A stretch of DNA of 64,000 bases, from the NCBI GenBank assembly GCA_016178505.1, contig JACOTG010000079.1:1810-65809 (forward strand), read 5' to 3'. How positions within the stretch are numbered: the stretch's first letter is position 1; every line of letters begins with the position of its first letter. The position numbers were made by a program, and so were the translations under genes. This DNA is from Planctomycetota bacterium. GTDB lineage: Bacteria > Planctomycetota > JACOTG01. The notes under the pieces were generated by a model that had not been told where the DNA came from, did not search any database, and worked only from the letters and a program-made list of their open reading frames with translations. Below are positions 20,738-29,998 of the stretch, in pieces.

Positions 20738-21349
20738 TCATCCGGCCGTGCGCACGAGCTCGTTGAACTTCCCCCACGCGCGGAAGAAGATCGATCGCGC
20801 CGTAACTTCCTTGGTGAAGCCCATCGCGTCGGCGATCTCCTTGAACGACATGCCGCACATCTTCCGCAGTACGATCACCTCGCGATAGCGATCGTCCAAT
20901 CGAAGGAGCGTCGCCTCGAGCTTCGCTTCCAGCTCGCGCCCGATCGCGACTTCACTCGGCGTGGGCTGGAGCCCGGGGAGCATCGATTCGGCGAGCGTCG
21001 ATCGCCCGCAGTCCGCGAAGAGCGGCGCATGACCACCGCCCCGCTTCTTCGCCTTCGTGCGCCGGATGTGATCGCGCACGTTGTTTTCGGCGAGCCGCGC
21101 GAGCCAGTATCGGAAGCTCCCCTCCGTTCGCTGGTCGCTGCGCTCGAGCGTCTGAAACGCCTCGAGTAGTGACTCCTGGACGATGTCGTCGAGATCACCG
21201 CACTGTGCGAGCGGCCGGCCGAGCGTCAGCGCAACGATTTGGCGAACCCAGGGCAAGTACCGTGCGAGCAGGTCGTTCAGCGCCGCACGGTCGCCCTCGC
21301 GAGCCGCACGGAGCTGCACGAGGGTCATTCCCAATTCGTCGTCAGACAT
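20738..21349 (-). CDS. ECF (sigma-70 group 4) RNA polymerase sigma factor
   Basis: AREGDRAALNDLLARY, DDIVQESLLEAF, FRYWLARLAENNVRD; region 4 YREVIVLR...MSFKEIADAMG. Confidence 0.9.
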   Translation of the reverse strand: MSDDELGMTLVQLRAAREGDRAALNDLLARYLPWVRQIVALTLGRPLAQCGDLDDIVQESLLEAFQTLERSDQRTEGSFRYWLARLAENNVRDHIRRTKAKKRGGGHAPLFADCGRSTLAESMLPGLQPTPSEVAIGRELEAKLEATLLRLDDRYREVIVLRKMCGMSFKEIADAMGFTKEVTARSIFFRAWGKFNELVRTAG

Positions 21350-21494
21350 GTCTCCGTCACGCGGCTGGATCGGCCGCTCTCCGGGGTGCCAGTTTATGCG
21401 GGAAGCCAGCGACGCGGTAGCCCCTGCGGTCTTCCCGGTGCAACGCTTTGCGACGAGTAGACGCTTCGAGAAGGCGCGCCCCCGAATCTCGATC

Positions 21495-21610
21495 ACCGCG
21501 AACGTCGCGCGAAACGTGAGGAGATCATAGAGAATCAGGCCAAACGCACAGACGTCGGTCCGCGTCGATGCGTCCTTCGACCTGCTCGGGCGCCATGGAG
21601 AGCGGCGTGG
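21495..21610 (-). pseudogene. Ser/Thr kinase remnant (subdomains VIII-IX) with a frameshift
   Basis: TPLSMAPEQVEGRIDA in one frame, then RTDVCAFGLILYDLLTFRATF in another. Confidence 0.65.
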
Positions 21611-21748
21611 GCCGGCTGGATGCTCTGGGACGCCGGGCACTAGCGCCGAGTTGGTCAGTCACTCACTGAGCGTGTCGCCGGATACGTCACGTGTCTTGCG
21701 CGACGCGACGGGGCCGACGACGCTCGCTTGGAGTCCTGGGGCGGAAGA

Positions 21749-22507
21749 TCAGTCCTTCGCCGGTTCGGCGGGCGACGCCTCCCCCAACATCCGTCGAGCG
21801 ATCAACTCCTGCGTCGCCTTCAGGATCGCGTCCTTCGACAGAACCGACTTGGGATCGGGTGCGGTGCCCTTCATGGTCGTCTGTGTTTTCGCGTCGCTCA
21901 TCCGGCCCGTGATCATCTTCATCAGCTCGGGATCCTTCATGAGCTGCTGGATCATGATCTCTTTCGCGAGCGCCGTTTTCATCCCATCGTCTTGAAGTGC
22001 GGTCGTCAGCGCCTCGCGCGCGAGCATCGTTTCCTTCATGTCCTTCAGCCTCGACTTGTCGTCGGACTTCGGGGCGGCGTCGGTCGACATCACCATGTTC
22101 CGCGCCATCAGCTCTTGGATCATCGTCTTCATCGCGCTGTCGTACTTCATCATCGCGTCTCTCGTCGCGGTCATTGCTTTGGCGTCAGCCATCATCGCTC
22201 GGACCGGCGTCATCGTCTTCTGGTCGTTCAGCTTCTCGTCCACCATCTTCATCAGATGGTCGTCCTTTACGATGCGTTGAATGGCCAGCTCCTTGGCAAT
22301 CGTCGTCTTCATGCCGTCGTCCTTCAGGAAGGGCACGATCTTCCGTTCGTCCTTCAGTAGGTCCTTCATCTTGGTGCGGTCGTCGTCCTTGACGAGCATC
22401 GGAACCGCTTCGTCGGTTTTGCCGTTCCCAGCGAACGCAACGGCGGGACAGGCCGAAAGGGCGAGGAGCGCGGAGACGGAGACGACGATGCGGAGTCGAT
22501 TCGACAC
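21749..22507 (-). CDS. Secreted methionine-rich protein with an internal two-fold repeat
   Basis: AGGAAAGGA RBS, GTG start, signal peptide ending AFA; 26 Met in the ~226-aa mature part; repeat L.DDGMKT..AKE..IQ...KD..LMKM...QEL.AR.M. Confidence 0.85.
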   Translation of the reverse strand: MSNRLRIVVSVSALLALSACPAVAFAGNGKTDEAVPMLVKDDDRTKMKDLLKDERKIVPFLKDDGMKTTIAKELAIQRIVKDDHLMKMVDEKLNDQKTMTPVRAMMADAKAMTATRDAMMKYDSAMKTMIQELMARNMVMSTDAAPKSDDKSRLKDMKETMLAREALTTALQDDGMKTALAKEIMIQQLMKDPELMKMITGRMSDAKTQTTMKGTAPDPKSVLSKDAILKATQELIARRMLGEASPAEPAKD

Positions 22508-22640
22508 GGTTCGTTCCTTTCCTGTGGAGCCGGGGCGCCAGTAGCAACCGGAAGCGAAGCTAACACGGCACGACCCTGATTCCGTCGCGATTCCGTGCGA
22601 TTCGGAGGCCCACCCGTGTCGTCGGAGCGCACTTGCCGAT

Positions 22641-22664
22641 CCCGTTGGGAAAACCCCTCAATCG
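22641..22664. promoter_or_regulatory. Candidate regulator-binding imperfect palindrome in a divergent promoter region
   Basis: CCCGTTGGGAAAACCCCTCAATCG; closely resembles 41509-41533. Confidence 0.4.
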
Positions 22665-22850
22665 CGTGATCCGCCTTTGCCGATCACACCGCCTGCCCCT
22701 TCCTCGGGATATCTGAATCTGCGCCACACGCCGAAACGCTGAGCCCGCCGTTCCTCGCGGGTGGTCGGCCATTCCCTGAATCGATACGGAACGAGGAGTC
22801 GTGAGCGGTTCGAGATCGACTCGAACGCCACCCGATTCGCGGGAGGACCG

Positions 22851-24218
22851 TTGGAACCTAGCCACTGGCTATTCGTTTGCGCAGCGCTCGCCGTTCTATT
22901 CATCGCCCTCGCCCTCTGGCAGCGCGCGATCGATCGACGACACGCAACGCGCGTCGTCGCCGAGATCCACGATGCTCGCGAGCGCGGCACGAACCGCGCG
23001 ATCGCGCAGCATCCCACCGTCGATCCGTTGCAGTGCATCGGCTGTGGAAGCTGCGTCGCGGCCTGTCCCGAAGAAGGAGTGCTCGGTCTCGTAGATGGAA
23101 TCGCGCACGTCATTCACGCGTCGCGATGCGTCGGCCATGCGCACTGCGAGGTCGCGTGTCCGGTCGGCGCGATCTCGGTCGGACTCGGCGATATCACGAA
23201 ACGGCCCGACATTCCGATCGTCCGGGAGAACCTCGAGTCGACCGTTCCGGGGATCTACGTCGCGGGCGAGCTGGGCGGCATCGCGCTCATTCGCCACGCC
23301 GTCCTGCAAGGCACGCGCGCCGTCGAGGACATTGCGCGGCAGCTTCGCGAGCAACCGGAGCGAGATCGCGACCTCGCCGATCTCCTCGTGGTCGGCGCTG
23401 GCCCCGCCGGTCTTTCGGCCAGCCTCAAGGCGATCGAGTTCGGACTTCGCCACCTCACGATCGATCAAGACGAAGCCGGCGGCACGATCCGCAAGTACCC
23501 GAGGCGAAAGCTGACGCTGACTCAGCCGGTCGAGATTCCGCTTTACGGTCGCCTGACGAAGCACGAGTACATGAAGGAGGATCTCCTTCGACTGTGGGAA
23601 GGAATCGTCCGCGACTTCCAGGTGCCGATTCGACGGCCGGTGAAGCTGCTCTCGCTGCGCGGCGAGAAGCACGCGTTCGTCGCGGAAACGTCGGCCGGCT
23701 TTTTTCGCAGCCGGTTCGTCGTCCTCGCACTCGGACGCCGTGGGACTCCGCGAAGGCTCGGCGTGCCGGGCGAAGAGAGCGACAAGGTCCTCTACCAGAT
23801 CGCGGACGCCGCGAGCTACACGGGGCAGCGAATCCTCGTCGTCGGAGGCGGAGACAGCGCCGTCGAGGCGGCGATGGGCCTCGCAAGCCAGCCCGGCAAC
23901 GTCGTCACGATCTCCTATCGAAAGCAAGCGTTCTTTCGCCTGAAGGCTCGAAACGACGAGCGTGTCCGCGACTTCATGGCAAAGGGGCGCATTCGAGCGC
24001 TCTTCTCCTCGGAGGTGACCGCCATCGAGAACGACTCGGTGACGCTTCGCGCCGAGGACGGCGACCGATCTCGGGAGATTCGCATTCCGAACGATCACGT
24101 CTTCGTCATGGCGGGCGGCGAGCCACCGTTCGCGCTCCTTCGGGAGATCGGACTCGGATTCGGAGCGGACGGATCGAATGCGCCCATCGTCGGCCGGGCG
24201 GCCGTCTCGGTGAGTTGA
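22851..24218 (+). CDS. Membrane-anchored dicluster ferredoxin fused to an FAD/NAD(P)H oxidoreductase (thioredoxin-reductase-like fold, no redox CxxC)
   Basis: GGAGG RBS plus TTG 22851; N-terminal TM helix; CIGCGSCVAACP and CVGHAHCEVACP; GAGPAG; GGGDSA...SYRK. Confidence 0.9.
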   Translation: MEPSHWLFVCAALAVLFIALALWQRAIDRRHATRVVAEIHDARERGTNRAIAQHPTVDPLQCIGCGSCVAACPEEGVLGLVDGIAHVIHASRCVGHAHCEVACPVGAISVGLGDITKRPDIPIVRENLESTVPGIYVAGELGGIALIRHAVLQGTRAVEDIARQLREQPERDRDLADLLVVGAGPAGLSASLKAIEFGLRHLTIDQDEAGGTIRKYPRRKLTLTQPVEIPLYGRLTKHEYMKEDLLRLWEGIVRDFQVPIRRPVKLLSLRGEKHAFVAETSAGFFRSRFVVLALGRRGTPRRLGVPGEESDKVLYQIADAASYTGQRILVVGGGDSAVEAAMGLASQPGNVVTISYRKQAFFRLKARNDERVRDFMAKGRIRALFSSEVTAIENDSVTLRAEDGDRSREIRIPNDHVFVMAGGEPPFALLREIGLGFGADGSNAPIVGRAAVSVS

Positions 24219-24221
24219 GCC

Positions 24222-25112
24222 ATGAGATCGAAATCCTTGGCGTCGTGGCTCTGGTTCTCCCTCGGCCTTGTGTCGGCGGCCGCCATTGCGCTGTTCGTCG
24301 CGTTTCACTGGGGCTACTACTCGCTTCCCTTCGCCGCGCGACCGCTCGATCCGCGGAACGCGAGCTTGCGCCCGGCGGGATCACTCGGACTTGCGTTCGG
24401 GATCGTGGGCTCCGTCCTCATGCTCTTGAACCTTCTCTATCTCGTGAGGAAGCGCTTCCGCGCGCTCACCGTGCTCGGCTCGCTCCGCGGCTGGATGGGA
24501 TTTCACGTCCTGACCGGCTCGATCGCCGCCGCGCTGATCCTCCTCCACAGTGCATTCCTACCGCGAAGCGCGCTCGCGATCCTCGGCTCGGCATCGCTGC
24601 TCGTCGTGATCGTATCGGGTGTGGTCGGTCGGTTCATCTACGCGCGAGTGCCGCGATCGGTCGAGGGCCGCGAGCTGGAGCTGGAGGAGATCCGTCGCCA
24701 GCTCGAGGCGCATCGGCGCGAGCTGATGACGCTCGGCGTCGATCCTCGATCATCGATCCTCGACCCGCGTTCGCGGTTCACGACGGATCCGACGAAGCGA
24801 ACCGGCTTCCTTTCGACGCTCGGTGTTCTCGCGTTCGGCGATCGCGACGCGCGAGAACAATACGCCACGGCACGCGCGGCCGTGCTCGCGTCCGACGCAC
24901 CGCGCGCGTCGTCGCGCCGGATCTGTCGATTGCTCGGGGAACTCGGTCGCGAGCGTAGCTGGCTCGCCCGTTACGCCGAGCTGCGCTCGCTCATGAGCTC
25001 GTGGCGATTCCTCCACCGCTGGCTCGCCGTCCTCATGCTGGTTCTCGCGGCCTTCCACGTGGCGATCGCCCTGCATTTCGGCGACCTCTGGATATTCCAC
25101 GTGGTGCGCTAG
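24222..25112 (+). CDS. Integral membrane protein with four helix-embedded His (putative b-type heme protein)
   Basis: About 5 hydrophobic helices; His pairs WMGFHV...ILLHS and WRFLHRW...AAFHV, each 13 residues apart. Confidence 0.75.
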   Translation: MRSKSLASWLWFSLGLVSAAAIALFVAFHWGYYSLPFAARPLDPRNASLRPAGSLGLAFGIVGSVLMLLNLLYLVRKRFRALTVLGSLRGWMGFHVLTGSIAAALILLHSAFLPRSALAILGSASLLVVIVSGVVGRFIYARVPRSVEGRELELEEIRRQLEAHRRELMTLGVDPRSSILDPRSRFTTDPTKRTGFLSTLGVLAFGDRDAREQYATARAAVLASDAPRASSRRICRLLGELGRERSWLARYAELRSLMSSWRFLHRWLAVLMLVLAAFHVAIALHFGDLWIFHVVR

Positions 25113-27067
25113 TGTTGCTGCATCCACGAGCCCCCCTCGTCGCGGGAACGCTGGCGCTCCTCGGGATCGCCGCCTACTTGGCCGTTTTCGATGCCGCGCC
25201 GGGAGGCTTCACCTCCGCGCATGCTCAGATCCCGGGCGTCTCGCTGCTCGGCAACTGCGACAAGTGCCACTCGCCGGCGGGGCTCGCGAAAGGATGCCTC
25301 GGATGTCACACCGAGATCGCGAACGAGATCGCGGCGAAGACGGGCCTTCACGGCTACTTGTCGAACGAGGGTGAGACGGCGTGCGGCTCGTGCCACGTCG
25401 TGCATGGCGAGAAGGACGATCCGCTCGTCGGCGCCCTCGCGTGGGGCGAGAAGGGTCGCAGCGGCTTCACGCATCCTCACGTCGACTTCCGCCTGGTCGG
25501 GCGACACGACAGTCTGGCGTGCGAGTCCTGTCACGAAATCAAGGACATGAAGCCGTTCGCCCTCCCCGCATTTCCGGCGCTCGTTCGCTCGCACACGTTT
25601 CTCGGGCTTGCACAGGATTGCACGCGCTGTCACGCGGATCCGCACGCGGGTGGACTCTCACTCGACTGTGAGGAGTGCCATTCTCAGGATCGGTTCAAGC
25701 CGGCGGCTCGCTTCGATCACGACACGTACTATCCGCTGCGCGGCGGTCATGCGACCGCGCGGTGCGATCGCTGCCACGTCGTCACCAACGCCGGCGAGCC
25801 CGGCGGAAGCCTGCACTTCAAGGAAGTGCGCGGAATCCGCTGCGTGGAGTGCCACGAGAATCCGCACCGGGTGAACTGGGGGCAGGAGTGCGAGTCGTGC
25901 CACGCGAACGACGGCACTCCATGGACCGCGGCGACCGCCCGCGTGACGCCAGACATCCACGCACTCACGGGCTTTCGCATCGTCTTGCCACACGCCACCG
26001 TGCAGTGTGAGGGCTGTCATCCCGCGAATCTCCCGTTCGCCGCGAGATACCCCGACCCGCGAAGCTCGGACTATCGACGCAACGAAACGCACTGTGACGG
26101 CTGCCACGCCGACGTACACAAGGGTCAGTTCGCGGCAACGCACTCGAGCTGCCTCGACTGCCACGAGGCGACGCACTTCGTTCCCGCACGCTTCGGCTTG
26201 GCCGAGCACGTGACGTTCGCGCTGAAGGAATCGCACGTCGCAGCGCCTTGCGGTGCCTGCCACGAGGTCGACGCGATGACGCAAGTGCGCACGTTCGTTC
26301 CGACCGCGCGCGAGTGCGAGGGGTGCCACCGCGATCCGCATGACGGACAGTTCGCCGCCAGTCCCGGCGGCTGTCGCGACTGTCACGGCGAGACGCACTT
26401 CACGCCGGCGCACTTCAGCGTGACCGATCACGATCACACGTCCTTCCCGCTCGCCGGCGCGCACGCCGCCGTTTCCTGTCGGTCATGTCATCGCGTCGAC
26501 TCCACGACCGCCGTCCGTCGGTTCAAGGACACGACGCGAGAGTGCAAGGCCTGTCATCGGAATCCGCATGGCCCACAGTTCACGACAGAGCTGGCGTCGG
26601 AAGACTGCACGGCGTGTCACCGCGCCGCGTTGGACACGTTCGCGATCCGGCCGTTCGACCACGCCAAGCGCACCGGATGGGCGCTCACCGGCGCACACGC
26701 GACCGCGACGTGCGAGGCGTGCCACGGCGTGCGCAAGTCGACCGACGCGCGAGGCATCGTGGCCAGCGTTCGGGTCTACCGGGACACGCCGAAGACCTGC
26801 GACTCATGCCACCGCGACGTCCACATGGGTCAGTTCCGCGAGGGGGAAAACGTCGCGTGCGAAAGCTGCCATCCCTCCACTCGAACGTGGAACGACCTCG
26901 CGTTCGATCACAACACACAGTCGACGTTCGTTCTCGACGGCGCTCACGCCAAGGTGCCCTGTCAGAGCTGTCACCCGAGCGTGAAGGTCGCCGAGGATCG
27001 ATTCGTCATTCGGTTCAAACCTGTCGGAAGAGAGTGCAAGGACTGCCATGCATTTCCCGAGCGGTAA
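25112..27067 (+). CDS. Multiheme c-type cytochrome, 23 CxxCH motifs, N-terminal anchor or signal
   Basis: GTG 25112 overlaps the upstream TAG; 23 CxxCH counted; repeating H...F.L.G.H....CxxCH triheme units. Confidence 0.93.
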   Translation: MLLHPRAPLVAGTLALLGIAAYLAVFDAAPGGFTSAHAQIPGVSLLGNCDKCHSPAGLAKGCLGCHTEIANEIAAKTGLHGYLSNEGETACGSCHVVHGEKDDPLVGALAWGEKGRSGFTHPHVDFRLVGRHDSLACESCHEIKDMKPFALPAFPALVRSHTFLGLAQDCTRCHADPHAGGLSLDCEECHSQDRFKPAARFDHDTYYPLRGGHATARCDRCHVVTNAGEPGGSLHFKEVRGIRCVECHENPHRVNWGQECESCHANDGTPWTAATARVTPDIHALTGFRIVLPHATVQCEGCHPANLPFAARYPDPRSSDYRRNETHCDGCHADVHKGQFAATHSSCLDCHEATHFVPARFGLAEHVTFALKESHVAAPCGACHEVDAMTQVRTFVPTARECEGCHRDPHDGQFAASPGGCRDCHGETHFTPAHFSVTDHDHTSFPLAGAHAAVSCRSCHRVDSTTAVRRFKDTTRECKACHRNPHGPQFTTELASEDCTACHRAALDTFAIRPFDHAKRTGWALTGAHATATCEACHGVRKSTDARGIVASVRVYRDTPKTCDSCHRDVHMGQFREGENVACESCHPSTRTWNDLAFDHNTQSTFVLDGAHAKVPCQSCHPSVKVAEDRFVIRFKPVGRECKDCHAFPER

Positions 27068-28316
27068 TCGATCGAAGATCGTTGGCCTGCTGCTCAGCAT
27101 CGCCGTCACGATCGTCGGGCTCAGCTGCGAGACGGTCGTCTCTCGGAACGGGTGGAGCGACGACTGGGGGCCGCTCGTGCCCCATCGCACGTTCCCCGGA
27201 GACTGTGGACTGTGTCACGTCCCGGAGCGATGGGACGTGCTTCGTGCGGATTTCTCGTTCGATCACGAGAAACAAACGGGGCATCCGCTCGTCGGCGCCC
27301 ACGCCGCGGCGGCGTGTCTGCGCTGTCACAACGATCGAGGACCCGTGTCGGCGTATGTCGCTCGAGGTTGCGGCGGCTGCCACCCCGATCCTCACAAGGG
27401 CACGCTCGGGCTCGACTGTTTGCGATGCCACGAAGAGAGCCAGAACACGTGGCGCCCGGGCGGGCTCGTCGCCGACCACGCACGCACGCGATTCCCTCTC
27501 GTGGGGGTCCACGCGGCGACGCCCTGCGAGAGTTGTCACCCGCGCGCGCCAGTCGGTGATTTTCGCGGCGCTCCCGTCGACTGCGATCTCTGCCATCGTG
27601 CGGATCTCGCACGCGCCACGAACCCGGACCACGTCGCGAGCGGGTTGACTCGGGAATGCCAGCGATGCCACACGCCGACGGATTGGTCGCGCGCGACGTT
27701 CTCGCACGCCTCTTTCCCGCTCACCGGCGGCCACAATGGGCTCGCCTGTCGACGGTGTCACACGAGCGGATCGTTCGGACCGGTTGCCTCGGACTGCTAC
27801 GCGTGCCACCGCGCCGATTACGAACGACAGGCGGATCACGTGGCCTCCGGCTTCTCCCACGACTGCCGGGATTGCCACAACACGATCACGTTCAGCGACG
27901 CCGCCATCGATCACTCGGCGTTCCCGCTCACGGGCGGTCACAGTGGAATCACCTGTCGGCAATGCCACACGAGCGGAACGTACGGTCCCATACCGACGGA
28001 CTGCTTCTCTTGTCACCGCGCCGACTACGAGCGGGCACCGAATCACCTGTCCTTCGGATTCCCGCGGGACTGCACGCAGTGCCACAACACGAACACGTTC
28101 ACCGGCGCCACGTTCAGCCATTCAGCGTTCCCGCTTCGCGGACCTCACGACGTCACGTGCACGACGTGTCACCCAGGCGCGAGCGCTGCTTTGTTCACTT
28201 GCATCGTCTGCCACGCCCATGCCCAAAGCTCGATGGACAGTCACCACCGCGGTGTCAGTGGCTACAGCTACGACTCGAATGCGTGCTACCGATGCCATCC
28301 AAACGGTACACATTGA
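27048..28316 (+). CDS. Multiheme c-type cytochrome, 16 CxxCH motifs, possible lipoprotein
   Basis: Hydrophobic N-terminus ending GLSC; 16 CxxCH counted; ~60-aa tandem repeats FPLTGGH...CHTSG...CHRADYER. Confidence 0.92.
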   Translation: MHFPSGNRSKIVGLLLSIAVTIVGLSCETVVSRNGWSDDWGPLVPHRTFPGDCGLCHVPERWDVLRADFSFDHEKQTGHPLVGAHAAAACLRCHNDRGPVSAYVARGCGGCHPDPHKGTLGLDCLRCHEESQNTWRPGGLVADHARTRFPLVGVHAATPCESCHPRAPVGDFRGAPVDCDLCHRADLARATNPDHVASGLTRECQRCHTPTDWSRATFSHASFPLTGGHNGLACRRCHTSGSFGPVASDCYACHRADYERQADHVASGFSHDCRDCHNTITFSDAAIDHSAFPLTGGHSGITCRQCHTSGTYGPIPTDCFSCHRADYERAPNHLSFGFPRDCTQCHNTNTFTGATFSHSAFPLRGPHDVTCTTCHPGASAALFTCIVCHAHAQSSMDSHHRGVSGYSYDSNACYRCHPNGTH

Positions 28317-29998
28317 TCGCGAAAGCCGTGACCGTAGGCTGGACAGGCGGCCTCCGGCCGCTTGCAATCGCCTCGTGCCTCGTCGTTGTCCTTTCGGCAG
28401 CCGCAACCGCCGCAGAGAAGACGCTCGACTGTCGCATCACGTACGAGACGCCGGACGGCTTCTACGTCGACGCGGGAGCGACCGATGGACTTCGGCCGGG
28501 AGACGTCGGGCTCGTGAAGCGCGAGTCGACCGATCTCGGCCGCGTCGAAGTCGTCGATGCGTCGAGCAACTCGGCGACCGTGCGACTCGTTTCACAGTCG
28601 GGGCTGTTTCGGCCAAGCACGCTCGACCGCGTGGTCTTCGTCGTCGAGGTCCCAGAGACGAGCGCCACCGAGACAGGCGAGGAATCAGCCGCGGACCGCG
28701 TGGCGAGACTCGCCCATGACGACACGACGTTCGTGCCGCTCCTTGCTCCATTCGCACCGCGCGAGGGCAAGTTCTCGCAGCCGTCGAACGTGTTCCATGG
28801 TCGGCTGCGATTTCGCGAGCAGTTCCAGATCGACTCGAACGGAAAGGAGGACTTCTCACGGTCGCGCGTGGGCACCGAAGGATCGATCGATCGAATCGAC
28901 GGCTCACCTTGGGCATTCGAGTGGTCCGGCGATCTTTCGTATCGATCCGGCTCCGCGTTCTCGGGCTCGTCGGATTACCCGGATGCTCGCGCCGACGTCT
29001 ACCGACTCGCGCTGTTCCGGAAGTTCGAAAGCGGCGATTCCCTCGAGCTCGGGCGATTCCTTCCGGTCCAGCTTCCCGGTATCGGATACGTCGACGGCGT
29101 CGTGGGCGATCTCGTGGCATCGGAGAACTTCCACGTCGGTGGGGTCGCGGGAGTCAAGCCTCGGCGATTCGATCTGTCTCCATCGATCGACGAGCCGACG
29201 GCGGCGATTTACGCGACCGGTGAATTCGGGAAGCGAGGAAACGCGTACTACTCGGGCACGCTCGGCGTGCTCGGCTCCGCATTCAAGGGAAAGGCAGACC
29301 GGCTCGCGCTCCTTGCCGACCAGCGCGCGGATCTCGGATCGAAACTGAGCCTGTACTCGACGAACGAAGTCGATTTCGACGTCGGCGGCGCCGAGACGCG
29401 CAGCGGGCCGCAACTATCCCGCATGGATCTCTACGCGGTGTCGCCGGTGACGACCGAATTCACGCTTCGCGCGGGCGTCGATCACTATCAACGCCCCGAC
29501 ACGGCGGCGGAGCGTGACCTTCTCGATTTCACGGACAATCGATTCTTCGATCGGGGCTACTGGCGCTACTGGGTCGGGAGCAGCGAAAAGTTGCCGCTGC
29601 GATTCGGACTCGACGAAGAAATCGCATTCATCGACGCGCCCGACGAGAACGGCTCGCCGCGGTGGCGCGTCACGATCCGGCGCACGGACACGCTTACGAC
29701 CAACGATTCGATTGCGCTCACGGTGTTCAACTTGGACGGGTCGGATTCCAAGGGACTCGGCGGCCAGCTCGCCGGAGTCTTCCCCGCATTCGATGATCGA
29801 CTGACGCTGCGCCCCGCGATCGATTGGCGATACGCCGACACCGCAGACACCGACACGACCCTCATGGTCTCGCAATTCTCGCTCTACGTCGATTGGTGGT
29901 TTTCGCGCGCCGTGAGCCTCTACGCCGGCGCGATGCAATCGGTCGGTGACGCAATCGACAGCACGCTCGTCGACATGGGATTGGATTTTCGTTGGTAG
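28313..29998 (+). CDS. Predicted outer-membrane beta-barrel protein with an N-terminal soluble domain
   Basis: TTG overlaps the upstream TGA; signal peptide ending ATA-A; alternating amphipathic strands; C-terminus MGLDFRW with a terminal aromatic residue. Confidence 0.78.
   Translation: MIAKAVTVGWTGGLRPLAIASCLVVVLSAAATAAEKTLDCRITYETPDGFYVDAGATDGLRPGDVGLVKRESTDLGRVEVVDASSNSATVRLVSQSGLFRPSTLDRVVFVVEVPETSATETGEESAADRVARLAHDDTTFVPLLAPFAPREGKFSQPSNVFHGRLRFREQFQIDSNGKEDFSRSRVGTEGSIDRIDGSPWAFEWSGDLSYRSGSAFSGSSDYPDARADVYRLALFRKFESGDSLELGRFLPVQLPGIGYVDGVVGDLVASENFHVGGVAGVKPRRFDLSPSIDEPTAAIYATGEFGKRGNAYYSGTLGVLGSAFKGKADRLALLADQRADLGSKLSLYSTNEVDFDVGGAETRSGPQLSRMDLYAVSPVTTEFTLRAGVDHYQRPDTAAERDLLDFTDNRFFDRGYWRYWVGSSEKLPLRFGLDEEIAFIDAPDENGSPRWRVTIRRTDTLTTNDSIALTVFNLDGSDSKGLGGQLAGVFPAFDDRLTLRPAIDWRYADTADTDTTLMVSQFSLYVDWWFSRAVSLYAGAMQSVGDAIDSTLVDMGLDFRW

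Noticed and set aside
20400-20740. Possible remnant of the ECF's partner gene (an ATG overlaps the sigma stop)
   Set aside because: Short, interrupted frames with no diagnostic motif; cannot be supported as a feature
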